IMG/VR virus record: IMGVR_UViG_3300013110_000406
Length of the DNA: 64,000 nucleotides
From: an uncultured virus (IMG/VR IMGVR_UViG_3300013110_000406)
Taxonomy: Duplodnaviria > Heunggongvirae > Uroviricota > Caudoviricetes
Reading direction: 5' to 3' (one strand)
Shown one piece after another: positions 9,123 to 19,817 of this stretch. The position numbers and the translations under genes are program-made. Position 1 is the stretch's first letter, and every line of letters starts with the position of its first letter. The notes below the pieces were generated by a model, which searched no databases, was not told the origin of the DNA, and was given only the letters and a program-made list of their open reading frames with translations.

Positions 9123-11861
9123 ATGGCCGCGCCCACCAAGGAAGAACTACGAAGACAACAGGAGGCTGTTGAACTTGCCAGAGAAGAACTTGAGCTTCTT
9201 AAAGCAAAGAAAGCCGCCGGCGATGATGTTGAAAGACAACTCCGGGACGCTCAAGGGGTCCTGACACAGAACCTCGATAAGGTGCGCGCAACTCAAGAGG
9301 CGCGCCGAAAGGAATCAACCGCCATCGAGGAACAAATTGATCTCCTTAAGCAACAGGAAGACCAGATCAGGACCTTGGGGCGAAGCCTTGAAAACAATCA
9401 GATGCTGCATGAGAATCAAATCGAACAGCAGCAGAAAATAATCGAGAAAGCACGCGAACAAATTTCTCTTCAAGACAAAAACACAGAGGCCGGCAAGAAG
9501 GCGATTCGCGTCCAGGAGTCGGCCATCAAAAACGCCCAGGAAAGACTAGAGCTAGCGCAAGAGCAAAACGCGGCCGCCGGTCGAGCCAATGATCTTATCA
9601 AGTCGCAACTGGGAGGAACAACCCAGCTAACCAACGCTATGGAGGAATATGCGGAAGCCAGCAAAGCTGGACAAGGAAGCATGTATTTGCTGGCGAAAGC
9701 TACCGAGAAATCTGCAGGTGCATTTAACTTTATGCTTAGTTCTATTAAGAGCATGGTAATGGGCGCCCACATTGCCGAAAAGCAATTTGAAAAAACTTTC
9801 CAACTTCCTGCAGAATATACCACACGTTTGCATGAGAATTATAAAGCTTTAAATGAGTATGGCGTATCTGCTGAAGAAGCAGCAACAGCAACCGGAGATC
9901 TTGTAACGAATGTGACCGAATTCACAATGGCCAGCGGAACCCAGCAAGACTCACTCGTAAAGACCACCGCACTTCTCGCCGAAACCGGCATTGCATCCGC
10001 CGATGTGGCAAAGGGTGTTCAAACGTCTATGAAGATGTTTGGACAGTCGATTAAAGGCGCAGAAACCACAGCCTTAGAATTAGCTGCTGTTGCACGCGAA
10101 CTTCAAGTGGTGCCCGGAGAAATGGCTGCGCAGTATGCCGCTATGGGACCACAACTGGCCAAATTCGGCCAGGAGGGTATTTCTACATTCAAAGAACTCT
10201 CCCGTATCCAAAAGCTGACAGGCATGGAAATGGGCAAAGTCCTGCAAATCGCCAACAAATTCGATACGTTCGAAGATGCTGCTACAGCGACTGGAAAGCT
10301 CAATGCTGCATTAGGTGGTAACTTTGTTAACGCGATGGATATGATGATGGACACCGATCCGGCCTCTCGTTTCGAGACCATTCGCGGCGCCATCGAGCAA
10401 GCAGGACTTTCGTTTGATACGATGTCTTATTATCAAAAGCAATTTTATACTGACGCGTTGGGCTTGTCGGATGTAGGCGATTTAGCTTTAATGTTGAGCG
10501 GCCGCACCGATTTAATGACCGACGCCACAAACGCATCTGCCGAGTCCTATGAGCAACAAGCGGAAAGGGCGAAATCAGTTCAAAATATCCAAGAACAGCT
10601 TCAAAACATTTTGGCAGACAATGCGGATGAATTTTTGAAACTGGCCACTATGGCCGCCAAGTTCTTACACTTCCTTAGTGATAATATGTGGATAGTAAAA
10701 ACGTTTACAGCGGTGTTAGGGGCCCTGAAAGTAATGCAAGTTGCATCTGCTATAACCACTGGCGCATTGTCAGTAGCCAACTTTCTGATGAAGGAATCTA
10801 TGAGCAAGTCCAAAAAGGAGGCAATTCAATCAGGAGTTGCCCTAGGTGTTTTTGCCTTGGCTCTCGGTCTCATCGCCGCCGCAATGTTCATGAAGTCACC
10901 CTCTCTTCTGGTTATAGAACTCGTTGCTCTTGCAGGAGCCCTTTGGTTAACCTCTAAAATCTTGAGTAAAGCAACCCCCGCAATGACGGCCGCCGGCGCC
11001 GGCATGGCCGCTTTTGGAGTTGGTTTGTGGGCGGTTATACCGCCTATCGCAATTCTTATTGTGTCTGTGGCAATATTGGCCGCTGGAATTGGCTATATGG
11101 CCTCCAGTTTTGGCGAAATGTTTAATGCGCTGAGCCCGGAAAAAATGGCACTCGTAACCACATTTCTTTTATCATTTGGGTTAGGAGCTATAGGAATGGT
11201 AGCTGCAGGCGTCGGACTTATAGCATTTGCGATAGGAATGGGCGCCCTCGCATTTGCTCTAAAATTTATTGCCACAGATGATTTGACAGCTATTGCCACA
11301 ATCATGGAATCTATCGGAGAAATTCCTACTGGAGGGATGGGTGATTCCGCTAGCGGTATTCGCGGTATTGCTACGGCTATTGATGAGATTTCTATAGATA
11401 GTTTGAGCGCCCTTGAAAAAACGGCGGCAGCTTTTAGCAGCTTAGGAAGCGCTGTTAGAGGCGCCCTGGTCCCCCTGCAAAGCTTAATGACTAGCATGTC
11501 CGCCCTACAAACAGACAACATTGCCGGCTTATCCACAGCACTACAAGGGACTGCAGACGCGATCAGTGATATCCCCGTAATGAAAACAATGGTTTTGACG
11601 CTAGGCTTTGGAGCGATGGCTTTAGCTGCCACATCTCTGAAACCGATTGCCCTAGCCTTTGCTGCGGGAGGAGGCGGCGCCGCCGCTGGTCGCGCTTCGA
11701 CCGCAGCCGCTCGCCCTGCTACCGGTGCACCCGGCGCAGGCGGAGGAACTTCCGCACAAAATATTACAGTTCGTCTTGAATTAGACGGCAAACTTTTGGA
11801 AGAGAAAGTAGTTAAGATAATGGGCGATCAGTACAAGCCTATTTTTGCAGGACAAGGATAA
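9123..11861 (+). CDS. Tape measure protein
   Basis: 912 aa, Ala-rich helical/coiled-coil with hydrophobic C-terminal half; follows tube and chaperones. Confidence 0.8.
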   Translation: MAAPTKEELRRQQEAVELAREELELLKAKKAAGDDVERQLRDAQGVLTQNLDKVRATQEARRKESTAIEEQIDLLKQQEDQIRTLGRSLENNQMLHENQIEQQQKIIEKAREQISLQDKNTEAGKKAIRVQESAIKNAQERLELAQEQNAAAGRANDLIKSQLGGTTQLTNAMEEYAEASKAGQGSMYLLAKATEKSAGAFNFMLSSIKSMVMGAHIAEKQFEKTFQLPAEYTTRLHENYKALNEYGVSAEEAATATGDLVTNVTEFTMASGTQQDSLVKTTALLAETGIASADVAKGVQTSMKMFGQSIKGAETTALELAAVARELQVVPGEMAAQYAAMGPQLAKFGQEGISTFKELSRIQKLTGMEMGKVLQIANKFDTFEDAATATGKLNAALGGNFVNAMDMMMDTDPASRFETIRGAIEQAGLSFDTMSYYQKQFYTDALGLSDVGDLALMLSGRTDLMTDATNASAESYEQQAERAKSVQNIQEQLQNILADNADEFLKLATMAAKFLHFLSDNMWIVKTFTAVLGALKVMQVASAITTGALSVANFLMKESMSKSKKEAIQSGVALGVFALALGLIAAAMFMKSPSLLVIELVALAGALWLTSKILSKATPAMTAAGAGMAAFGVGLWAVIPPIAILIVSVAILAAGIGYMASSFGEMFNALSPEKMALVTTFLLSFGLGAIGMVAAGVGLIAFAIGMGALAFALKFIATDDLTAIATIMESIGEIPTGGMGDSASGIRGIATAIDEISIDSLSALEKTAAAFSSLGSAVRGALVPLQSLMTSMSALQTDNIAGLSTALQGTADAISDIPVMKTMVLTLGFGAMALAATSLKPIALAFAAGGGGAAAGRASTAAARPATGAPGAGGGTSAQNITVRLELDGKLLEEKVVKIMGDQYKPIFAGQG

Positions 11862-11867
11862 TAATTA

Positions 11868-12989
11868 ATGTCTAGTGGCAACAACGATAACAACAACGAT
11901 AAGCCTATTGGCTCCCACTGGTTTAGCAGTACTAAATTAAAGAGGAATGGTGGTGGAGTTGATCGCACATTCCCTCCGGACGAACTATATCAAAACAGGA
12001 GTGTTTATGGACCCGATGGCTCCGATATGCTCGCCAACAAAGGGTTTGTCATTGATATTAAACATGTTCCCAGCGGCCGCAGCTTGTTTTTTAAAGCTTT
12101 TATTGAAAATTACGTCGAAACTTATTCTCCGGACTGGAACTCAGAAACGGTTTATGGGCGCATGGATCCCATTTATCAGTTTAAGAACACGACACGTACT
12201 ATTTCTCTGGCGTTAAAGATCCCTGCTGCCACCCAGAGCGAAGCTTACGAAAATCTCGCCAAGGTACAAGCGTTGGCACAATTTTTATATCCCACATATT
12301 TGGAACGAGGATCTGCTACCACTATCGCCCAATCGCCTCTTTTGAGATTGGGGGTGATGAACTTGGCCAGAGCCCAGGCCCCAGGCGCCGGCCCAGAAAC
12401 TTATTCTAACCCTCAAGCATATCATACTTCTAAAGATGGGTTATTGGGGATCTTAAAATCGCTTACCATTAATCATAATTTGTCCGGCGAAGCCGGTGTT
12501 ATCGAGAGAGGTCCCACTGGAGGCAATCTTTTGCCAAAACTTATCGAGATTAATTTTGACTTTGATGTGATCCACGAGCACTCATTAGGGTGGGATAGGG
12601 AAAACAATTTCCACCAACCTGCATTCCCATATGGGCTTGACTTTGAGGGCTCTTCCCCTATAAGTAAGGACGCTAACGACGAGCGCACCCTAAACATGAC
12701 GGTCATGGTCGCGAATTTGGAGGCAGAAGACGACTTAAAGTCCGACTATTACATGTCCCCCGATCAACTTACAGCGAACGCCGAAGCACGCTATGCGGCG
12801 TTGGTGCCTAGACCCACTATTACACGCATTGAGGGCTCCAATATAGATGCTGAAGGAGCCCCCAAAATGTACGAATACGAGAGCGACGTGGGAAGAGCAG
12901 CGACAGAATTGGCACTGCACACAGGCGAATATGATAAATCTGGATTCGACTCTACCACTTTCGATAAATCTTGGGAACCAGGAGAATAA
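11868..12989 (+). CDS. Baseplate/tube-initiator-like protein
   Basis: FKAFI...PDWNSETVYGRMDPIYQFKNTTRTISL...P.LRL motif typical of genes after the tape measure in large myoviruses. Confidence 0.55.
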   Translation: MSSGNNDNNNDKPIGSHWFSSTKLKRNGGGVDRTFPPDELYQNRSVYGPDGSDMLANKGFVIDIKHVPSGRSLFFKAFIENYVETYSPDWNSETVYGRMDPIYQFKNTTRTISLALKIPAATQSEAYENLAKVQALAQFLYPTYLERGSATTIAQSPLLRLGVMNLARAQAPGAGPETYSNPQAYHTSKDGLLGILKSLTINHNLSGEAGVIERGPTGGNLLPKLIEINFDFDVIHEHSLGWDRENNFHQPAFPYGLDFEGSSPISKDANDERTLNMTVMVANLEAEDDLKSDYYMSPDQLTANAEARYAALVPRPTITRIEGSNIDAEGAPKMYEYESDVGRAATELALHTGEYDKSGFDSTTFDKSWEPGE

Positions 12990-12998
12990 CATTAACCT

Positions 12999-13340
12999 AT
13001 GGCATCACGATACTCAAAATACAGAATTATTAATAACGGCTTTAGCGGTTATGAATTCTTGCGCAAAGAACGCGGGATCAAAAACATCCGCCAATACGAG
13101 ACCCCCTATATTTATAACCCCACCGCAGCAGAACGCGGCACCCTACAGACCACCAATCATATGTGGAAATACGGAGATCGTTTATATCGCTTAGCCGATC
13201 AATACTATCAAGATACTCGCTACTGGTGGGTCATTGCACTCTATAATGGTTATGCCACCGAAGCCGACATTAGGATCGGCAGCACATTAACCATTCCGCT
13301 TGATATCGAAGCAGCGCTTAAAGTCATGAGGGCTTACTGA
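12999..13340 (+). CDS. LysM-like baseplate wedge protein (gp53-like)
   Basis: GDRLYRLADQYYQDTRYWWVIALYN...GSTLTIP. Confidence 0.8.
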   Translation: MASRYSKYRIINNGFSGYEFLRKERGIKNIRQYETPYIYNPTAAERGTLQTTNHMWKYGDRLYRLADQYYQDTRYWWVIALYNGYATEADIRIGSTLTIPLDIEAALKVMRAY

Positions 13341-13341
13341 A

Positions 13342-16300
13342 ATGGCTGGCGGAGGAGGCGATTTTTCGGACATCACCGGCGGCCCGGCAACGGAAGACCA
13401 GAGCATGAGCGAGTGGGAAAGATGGCAACGCGACAACAGGAATGCGAGCGCAATAGAAAAAAAGCGCGCCTTCTTACGGATCGAGGGAAATCTGGACGAC
13501 GATGAAGTCGATCAGGCGCTAGCTGCCGTCGATGCACACATTCGCGCTGCGACTCTTTATTATGATGAGGTCGAGAAGTGTGTACGGCAAATCAAATTAA
13601 ATGAAGAAAAAGCTTGTGAATCTTACCAAAAACTTAAAGTTATCTGGGATAAGAATTTTACCGATACTGATAATCCACGCGGCCATGATGAAGCCTGGAC
13701 GTCCGAGGCTGGCGCCTTCAATATTACGCTGGAGGCCGCGGACTCTTCGGCGCCGTTCACCCGCCATGGCGAAGAGGTGTCGGCGGCAAATAGATTAGCT
13801 ATTTCTCTAAAAAATAGTTCTGTTGATAGCCAAATGGCGGCACAATTTTTTGGGGGTGTTTATTTTTATGCTCGTTCAATGGCTGAAAATTCTGCATTTT
13901 GTGCAGACTCTCATCGTTCTGGCACGCCGGGCAATATCGCGCGGGGAGAACGCCTTAAGTGGCACCATTACGTCACCGGCGAGAGCGACGCTGGTGAGCT
14001 TGGACAGAGCGAATATGATTCTGGCACGCTCACCCTCAAAACCGGCCAAGTGATGCCGAATGCTCTCAAAGAGGAGTATCAAAGAACCGATGTCACCAAC
14101 GAACAGCGCAAAGGCATTAAAACTCTCATCCAGCACGCTGGAACCTTCCACGCACACGCGCATCAAGCTTTTTGGGCTCAACTGGGCGCCCAGGAGGTCG
14201 AACAAAGAGAGGGTTCGGCCTGGGAGCGCGCGGTACAGCTTTCTTATTACTTTACCTCGGGCGCCGGCGCGCGCGATCAGGTTGCCGCATTTGCCGATGA
14301 TAGCTATGCCCAAGGACTCTCCCAGGCGCAGGCAACAGATCCCAGCGTCACAGTCCCGCGCGGCGCACGATCATGGAAGAATGGCACACTTGCCGAAATG
14401 GCTAGTCAGGCAAGGGCTGCCTTGCGGAGGCTCATCGCGGCCGATATTAATAGAGCAGCCAACGAAGAACTTCTTAACGATCTTGGGGGACTCCTGGGTC
14501 AGTTCTCTCTCTTCGCCAGGAACATAGCCGCGGGCTATGGGTGTTGGTCGGAGCAATCCCGGATCTTTGCCAATGCTCAGCAAGATTATAACGAGGCGAT
14601 AGTAGCGCTAGCCGGCGGCGGTCAGGGGCCCCTTGCATATGCCGCGGCTCTGGTCCGCGGCGACGGATGGGACGGTCTTAATGATTCTCTGATCGACATG
14701 CTTGACGATAGCCATAGTGCCTCTACCTATGCTGCGATGGATCGCCAGCGAACTATTTTTAATGAGCAATGCTTTTTACTTTCTTATATTTCCGATATTG
14801 CTGATCACAAAAAACGTCGGGACAGCACTGCGCCGCGTTCTGGCTCCATAGCAGCTAGCTGCGGTACCGGCGCGACTCCCGGCAAGGGAGTGCCTTATTT
14901 AGGGGAAGCCGGCAACTCTACTTTATTAGTTGATGGAGACTCTTATGGGTTTCTTAACAAGCTCACGCAGACTGGTGATCAAAAAGTTTTCTTTAATATG
15001 AAAAGTGATGTCCTTAATCACTTGCAGCCAATGATTCGGCTGTTTAAAGTAGCCTACGACAGTGATAACGAAACCACAGAACAAGAGTTTATTTTTAAGT
15101 CTTGGGGCGCGCCAAATCTTCAAGAAGTGTTGAAAAGAAAAGAACAACGCGGCTTTGGAGTGGGAGTAAAAAGCTTTGATTTTTCGTATGAAGGAAATAA
15201 TCCTTTTGCTGTTAAAAAGAGCATTAAAGCCACTTTAAAGATCTTTGCTAATAGTATGTCTGAATTATTTGATGTGCACAATGGGATTAGTTATAGTGAT
15301 TTAGCTCTCAAGACCACACAACCTACTCAGAGCAACAATGATTGCGCGACTATTGCTGCTGGAGGTTTTGTCACCGCCATAGGGCAACATTCGGCGCTTG
15401 AAGAAGCCAATTTAGATAAATTAAACTTTAGGCTTAAGGCCGTTGTTGGCTGGGCGCGCCCCTCTGGTCAAGGTCCTTGGAGCACGATGAGCAGTCTCAC
15501 GAGCGATCCAAATCGTAATAGTAACAACTTACGAGATGCCATTTATCAATCTTACACTACTTTAAACTTAACGCCTACCGTTCATAATTTTGAATTTGAT
15601 GATATGGGGCGTGTCATCTTTACTATTGAATATCTGGCATTTGTAGACGATTATTACGATAGCCCGGCATTTAATATTTTTGCCGGCACTGACACAACCA
15701 TCGAACAAATTATAAGAAATTTACAAATAGAGTTCTATAATCGCAATTGCAAATCCGAAGAAGCAAGCAACGTTAAAAAAACTCTCGCTGACAGGGCTGC
15801 AGCAGAAAAAAGCCAAGCGCTTACTTCTTTAATAGAAAACCTAAAAGGCAAAAAACGAATTTATTATATAAAACTTCCGTGGTCCGAAGTGGCAGAGTTT
15901 AACTCGGCCGGCCCTTTCTACAATTGGAATGCGGGGGAGGGTGCTGGAGAAGCTTTTCAAATACAAAGCGATAGTGAAAATGATGCTAGCCTAGCGGCCG
16001 AAATGGCGACTGCCTTTGACTCTTATAATTTTGCAGATGCGGGAGTCGGCTCTGAGAGTGAAGAGGCGAATGTTTTTAAGGCATCCCTTCTTGTAGAGAA
16101 TCCAGAAACAATAAACCTTTCCTTCTTCTATATAAGCGATTTGATCGATACGATTTTAGAATCACTCGAAAAGGAGCTTTCAACGTTGGGCGACCGTCTT
16201 TCGGATCGACTGTCAACGGAAGGCTCAGATATTACGCGTTGTCAAGTTACAATGGCAGTTGATAAATATACTCGGGCTTATAAGAATTTTAAAAAATTAA

Positions 16301-17316
16301 GAATTTTATTAGGCCCGGTGGAGTTTGTGAATCAAGGCGATCAAGGTACACGAGTCTTAGGAGGCGCGAGTGCGATGGTAAACTTCGGTGACATACCTAT
16401 TTCAGTTCGGTATTTTCTGGAATATCTTGCGGACCAGATGTTGAAAAAAGAGAGAAGCACGTATACTCTTACGAGTTTTCTTAATGACTTGTTTAACAAG
16501 CTCATAAGAGACTTCTTAAACGATGAAACTTGTTTTGATTGGAGTATTAAACAAAGAGTACGGGTTAATCAAGCAGTTATAACGAGTTATCCGCAACAAG
16601 CCGATGGGCTTGATGAAATCGCTGCTAGTATGAAAGCCGCGGGTAAAGCTCGGATCTCCTTATCGACCTTATCGATGCCCATTTTAAACATCTCCGGCCG
16701 CGGCCCAATCTCTTCGCCCGACGTTGCGGACGAAGTCAACTATTTTGTTTATTTTGCAGGACGTACTGCACCCGCAGAGCGCATGCAAGGAAACAAGCGA
16801 GATGATGAAAATGCCGGAATCTTTCACTATCAACTTGGCCGCGGCGAAGGACTCATTAAAAACATTAAACTCAGTAAAACTGATTCGCGTGGTTTGGCAG
16901 AGGTTAGATTCGAACAAGATGGCTATGACGGCTTAAAACAATTGCGTGTCGTGTACGATACCGAAATCGATTCTTATTCTAATGTTAAAACCTATCCAGG
17001 GACTTACATATATGTGGATCCGCGCGGCTTTGCGCCCGATATGAGAGCGGGAGGAACTGCTACAGAATTTGGCTTGACAGACTTAGGTATTGGCGGTTAT
17101 TATATGATAGTAAAATCTTCGCATACTTTTGCAGCAGGTCAAGCTGAATCTAAAATTTATGCTAAGTGGGTCAATGCCATAGAAAACTCCGCAATTCAAG
17201 CTGAAAGAGCTACAGCTACAGGGAACCCGGATGCAGCCACAACAGGGCCGGCACAATGTCACAGCGCCTTAGCCAATCGAAATGACAATGCCGAGGAAGA
17301 GGTGGTGAATCCTTAA
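13342..17316 (+). CDS. Large baseplate/hub-associated structural protein (putative)
   Basis: 1324-aa ORF in baseplate cluster; C-terminal PGTYIYVDP...LGIGGYYMIVKSSH resembles hub (gp27-type) ends. Confidence 0.5.
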   Translation: MAGGGGDFSDITGGPATEDQSMSEWERWQRDNRNASAIEKKRAFLRIEGNLDDDEVDQALAAVDAHIRAATLYYDEVEKCVRQIKLNEEKACESYQKLKVIWDKNFTDTDNPRGHDEAWTSEAGAFNITLEAADSSAPFTRHGEEVSAANRLAISLKNSSVDSQMAAQFFGGVYFYARSMAENSAFCADSHRSGTPGNIARGERLKWHHYVTGESDAGELGQSEYDSGTLTLKTGQVMPNALKEEYQRTDVTNEQRKGIKTLIQHAGTFHAHAHQAFWAQLGAQEVEQREGSAWERAVQLSYYFTSGAGARDQVAAFADDSYAQGLSQAQATDPSVTVPRGARSWKNGTLAEMASQARAALRRLIAADINRAANEELLNDLGGLLGQFSLFARNIAAGYGCWSEQSRIFANAQQDYNEAIVALAGGGQGPLAYAAALVRGDGWDGLNDSLIDMLDDSHSASTYAAMDRQRTIFNEQCFLLSYISDIADHKKRRDSTAPRSGSIAASCGTGATPGKGVPYLGEAGNSTLLVDGDSYGFLNKLTQTGDQKVFFNMKSDVLNHLQPMIRLFKVAYDSDNETTEQEFIFKSWGAPNLQEVLKRKEQRGFGVGVKSFDFSYEGNNPFAVKKSIKATLKIFANSMSELFDVHNGISYSDLALKTTQPTQSNNDCATIAAGGFVTAIGQHSALEEANLDKLNFRLKAVVGWARPSGQGPWSTMSSLTSDPNRNSNNLRDAIYQSYTTLNLTPTVHNFEFDDMGRVIFTIEYLAFVDDYYDSPAFNIFAGTDTTIEQIIRNLQIEFYNRNCKSEEASNVKKTLADRAAAEKSQALTSLIENLKGKKRIYYIKLPWSEVAEFNSAGPFYNWNAGEGAGEAFQIQSDSENDASLAAEMATAFDSYNFADAGVGSESEEANVFKASLLVENPETINLSFFYISDLIDTILESLEKELSTLGDRLSDRLSTEGSDITRCQVTMAVDKYTRAYKNFKKLRILLGPVEFVNQGDQGTRVLGGASAMVNFGDIPISVRYFLEYLADQMLKKERSTYTLTSFLNDLFNKLIRDFLNDETCFDWSIKQRVRVNQAVITSYPQQADGLDEIAASMKAAGKARISLSTLSMPILNISGRGPISSPDVADEVNYFVYFAGRTAPAERMQGNKRDDENAGIFHYQLGRGEGLIKNIKLSKTDSRGLAEVRFEQDGYDGLKQLRVVYDTEIDSYSNVKTYPGTYIYVDPRGFAPDMRAGGTATEFGLTDLGIGGYYMIVKSSHTFAAGQAESKIYAKWVNAIENSAIQAERATATGNPDAATTGPAQCHSALANRNDNAEEEVVNP

Positions 17317-17325
17317 GGAATAGAA

Positions 17326-18621
17326 ATGAGCAAATACGTTAAAAAAACCACCATTCCTTTGAAATCGCTGTTTTATAAGCGAACTAAATATTATAGAAAA
17401 TCTATTACTGCTCGCACTGAGGGGGCTGTCTCACACAATAATTTAATAAACTATCATCTGGCAGAGCTTAATATGTATGGAAAAGTTGATCAACAATATG
17501 TTCCGATGATCGTAAGACAAAGCGCTCTCCAGAAATTTAATTCTAAAGTTTTAGTTAATCCGGATGAAACGCATCAAGCAGTTGATTTTGTGGTCGATCT
17601 CTTTGAGCAGATGGCCCAACAATTTGAAAAATGTGCAATGATCGGAAAGATCAACCCCAACGATCCATTCCTTTCTAATTTAAAAGTTTATAAAGCCTAT
17701 ACCAATCCTACTATACGATATGACCAATATTTTGGATTAATGGCCAACACCTTAAAGACACAGCTTAGAAAACGAGGTATTGTTATTTTAACAATGGATG
17801 ATTTTATGTCAGCCCTTCTTCAAGTTCTCCCAGACGCAGCGCTGCAGGCACCATTCACTCAAGTGGCTTGGACTAAAAGTAAATATTGTCCATCACGCGT
17901 TAGCGGCCTCGTTGTTGAAATTGCAGATTTAGGATATAACAACGATCAAGAGAAGATTGATCTTTTTTATAACAGCCTTAATTGGGACTTTTATGTAAAG
18001 ACGTGTAATTCTTATGGTTTTATTGTAGATTCGTCGGCGCCTTGGCGCCTCTTAGCTGACCTGGACTCCAAGATAATGATGGACGCTCAATCACGTGCCG
18101 GCCACGCCTCTGGTGTCACAGGAACGCTAGGGTCCATTTTTCGTAGTGTGCCAGTCGCCTATATAAGCCGTTTTGAAAAAGATCTATATAATCTTTTTCT
18201 GGTTGTGCGCTCCCCGCATACGACGACCCCAGCTATCTGTGCTTATAGTAATGAGCTTTCGCCTCTGGTAACTTACGCACCCTCCTATACGTTTGGAGAG
18301 TTTAATTCTCTTAAAAGTGCTGAATATTATATTAAAACATATTGTCAGATAAGGTTTTTGGAAGAGGAAAGTCATTTCACCCCAGCAGAACAACTACGGC
18401 TCATAGATGACTGTATTGGTGTGATGCGCACAGGGCAAATTAATGTAGCTATTAAAAATTTTGAGTATGTTCTCAATAAACCATTTGACTATATTGGCTC
18501 AGTGAGTTATAATAATAAATATGCAAGAGCAAAAGATGAGTACGAGCGAAAACACGGCGGAGATTGGCGTGAGACCGAACGCGAGGTCCACCGGATTAAA
18601 GCCCGTAGAAATCTTAAATAA
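17326..18621 (+). CDS. Hypothetical protein
   Basis: 431-aa ORF with SD, abutting neighbours. Confidence 0.7.
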   Translation: MSKYVKKTTIPLKSLFYKRTKYYRKSITARTEGAVSHNNLINYHLAELNMYGKVDQQYVPMIVRQSALQKFNSKVLVNPDETHQAVDFVVDLFEQMAQQFEKCAMIGKINPNDPFLSNLKVYKAYTNPTIRYDQYFGLMANTLKTQLRKRGIVILTMDDFMSALLQVLPDAALQAPFTQVAWTKSKYCPSRVSGLVVEIADLGYNNDQEKIDLFYNSLNWDFYVKTCNSYGFIVDSSAPWRLLADLDSKIMMDAQSRAGHASGVTGTLGSIFRSVPVAYISRFEKDLYNLFLVVRSPHTTTPAICAYSNELSPLVTYAPSYTFGEFNSLKSAEYYIKTYCQIRFLEEESHFTPAEQLRLIDDCIGVMRTGQINVAIKNFEYVLNKPFDYIGSVSYNNKYARAKDEYERKHGGDWRETEREVHRIKARRNLK

Positions 18622-18632
18622 ACGAGCAGACG

Positions 18633-19817
18633 GTGATATTTCAGACGTTAGATGATAAAAGTGAATGTGTAGGTGTTTATTGTGAGGGTAAGCTTTATTA
18701 TGAAGATTTCCCCACCGAACTCACCCATACATGGAAGTATTCGGGTGGACTAGAGAATAGAGATATAGAGTATGCTTCTTTATACTGCGCAGGTCTTTCC
18801 TTGGCTGAAGCATGCCCGGCCAAACATCTTGAAGAACTCAAGGCGGCCCAAAAAAGATTCCGAGCTTATCTAAAATCTTTTGAATTGGCCAAGGTTAATA
18901 TGCGCGACCATTGTATTTTTGATTTGGTACCCCAAGATTTTCTTAAAAAGTTTTGCGAGATTAAAAATAAAGTGACAGCTCATGTCATAGAGAACTATTC
19001 CAAACCCGAGTGCTATGATCATCTAAAGAATGTATCGGCACTCCTACACGATCTTAAGTATCGGCACCTTCATCTAACGAACGAGGGGTGTAAAAAGTTG
19101 CACTATTCTTCCTCAAATTCTATGCGAATTAAGAGGCTGCTAAGTGGTCCTACTCATGTTGATTACAATTTATTCGGAACAGTCACAGGACGCCTTACAA
19201 CGCGAGCAAATTCGTTTCCTATACTGACCCTTCAAAAGGAATTTAGGAAGCTTGTAAAACCCCATAACGACTGGCTATTGTCACTTGACTATAACGCTGC
19301 CGAGGTACGAACGTTCATTGCGCTAGCCGGCGAAGACCAGCCTCAAGAAGACGTGCACGAATGGCACATTAAGAATTTAATCCGAGAGGAAATATCTCGG
19401 CAAGAAGCAAAGGTAAAGTTTTTTGCGTGGATATATAACAGCGATGCACCAGCCAATGAGTTTGAAAGCTATAAGAGAGAAGAGGTGCTCGACAAGTGGT
19501 ATGACGAAGAATTTGTACACACTCCATTTAAAAGAAAAATAAAGGTTGACAAACGCAAAGCTTTGAATTATATTATACAGAGTACCACAGCAGATTTGGT
19601 ATTAGATCGAGCGGTAGCAATCGATAAATACTTGGAAGATAAAAAATCTTTTATTGCCTTTGTTGTGCATGATGAAATTGTGATTGATTTAGCTAATGAA
19701 GACAGGCATTTAGTACCGGAGATAAAGAAAATGTTCTCGACGAACAAACTAGACCAGTTCTTAGTTAATTTAAAATGCGGTAAAGATTATGGCAGCATAG
19801 AGGAGTTAAAGTTATGA
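18633..19817 (+). CDS. Compact family-A DNA polymerase-like protein
   Basis: TVTGRL, motif A LDYNAAEVR, motif B RQEAKVKFFAWIY, NYIIQST, motif C VHDEIV. Confidence 0.85.
   Translation: MIFQTLDDKSECVGVYCEGKLYYEDFPTELTHTWKYSGGLENRDIEYASLYCAGLSLAEACPAKHLEELKAAQKRFRAYLKSFELAKVNMRDHCIFDLVPQDFLKKFCEIKNKVTAHVIENYSKPECYDHLKNVSALLHDLKYRHLHLTNEGCKKLHYSSSNSMRIKRLLSGPTHVDYNLFGTVTGRLTTRANSFPILTLQKEFRKLVKPHNDWLLSLDYNAAEVRTFIALAGEDQPQEDVHEWHIKNLIREEISRQEAKVKFFAWIYNSDAPANEFESYKREEVLDKWYDEEFVHTPFKRKIKVDKRKALNYIIQSTTADLVLDRAVAIDKYLEDKKSFIAFVVHDEIVIDLANEDRHLVPEIKKMFSTNKLDQFLVNLKCGKDYGSIEELKL

Noticed and set aside
11093..11791. 232-aa minus-strand ORF
   Set aside because: Shadow of the Ala/Gly-rich tape measure coding sequence
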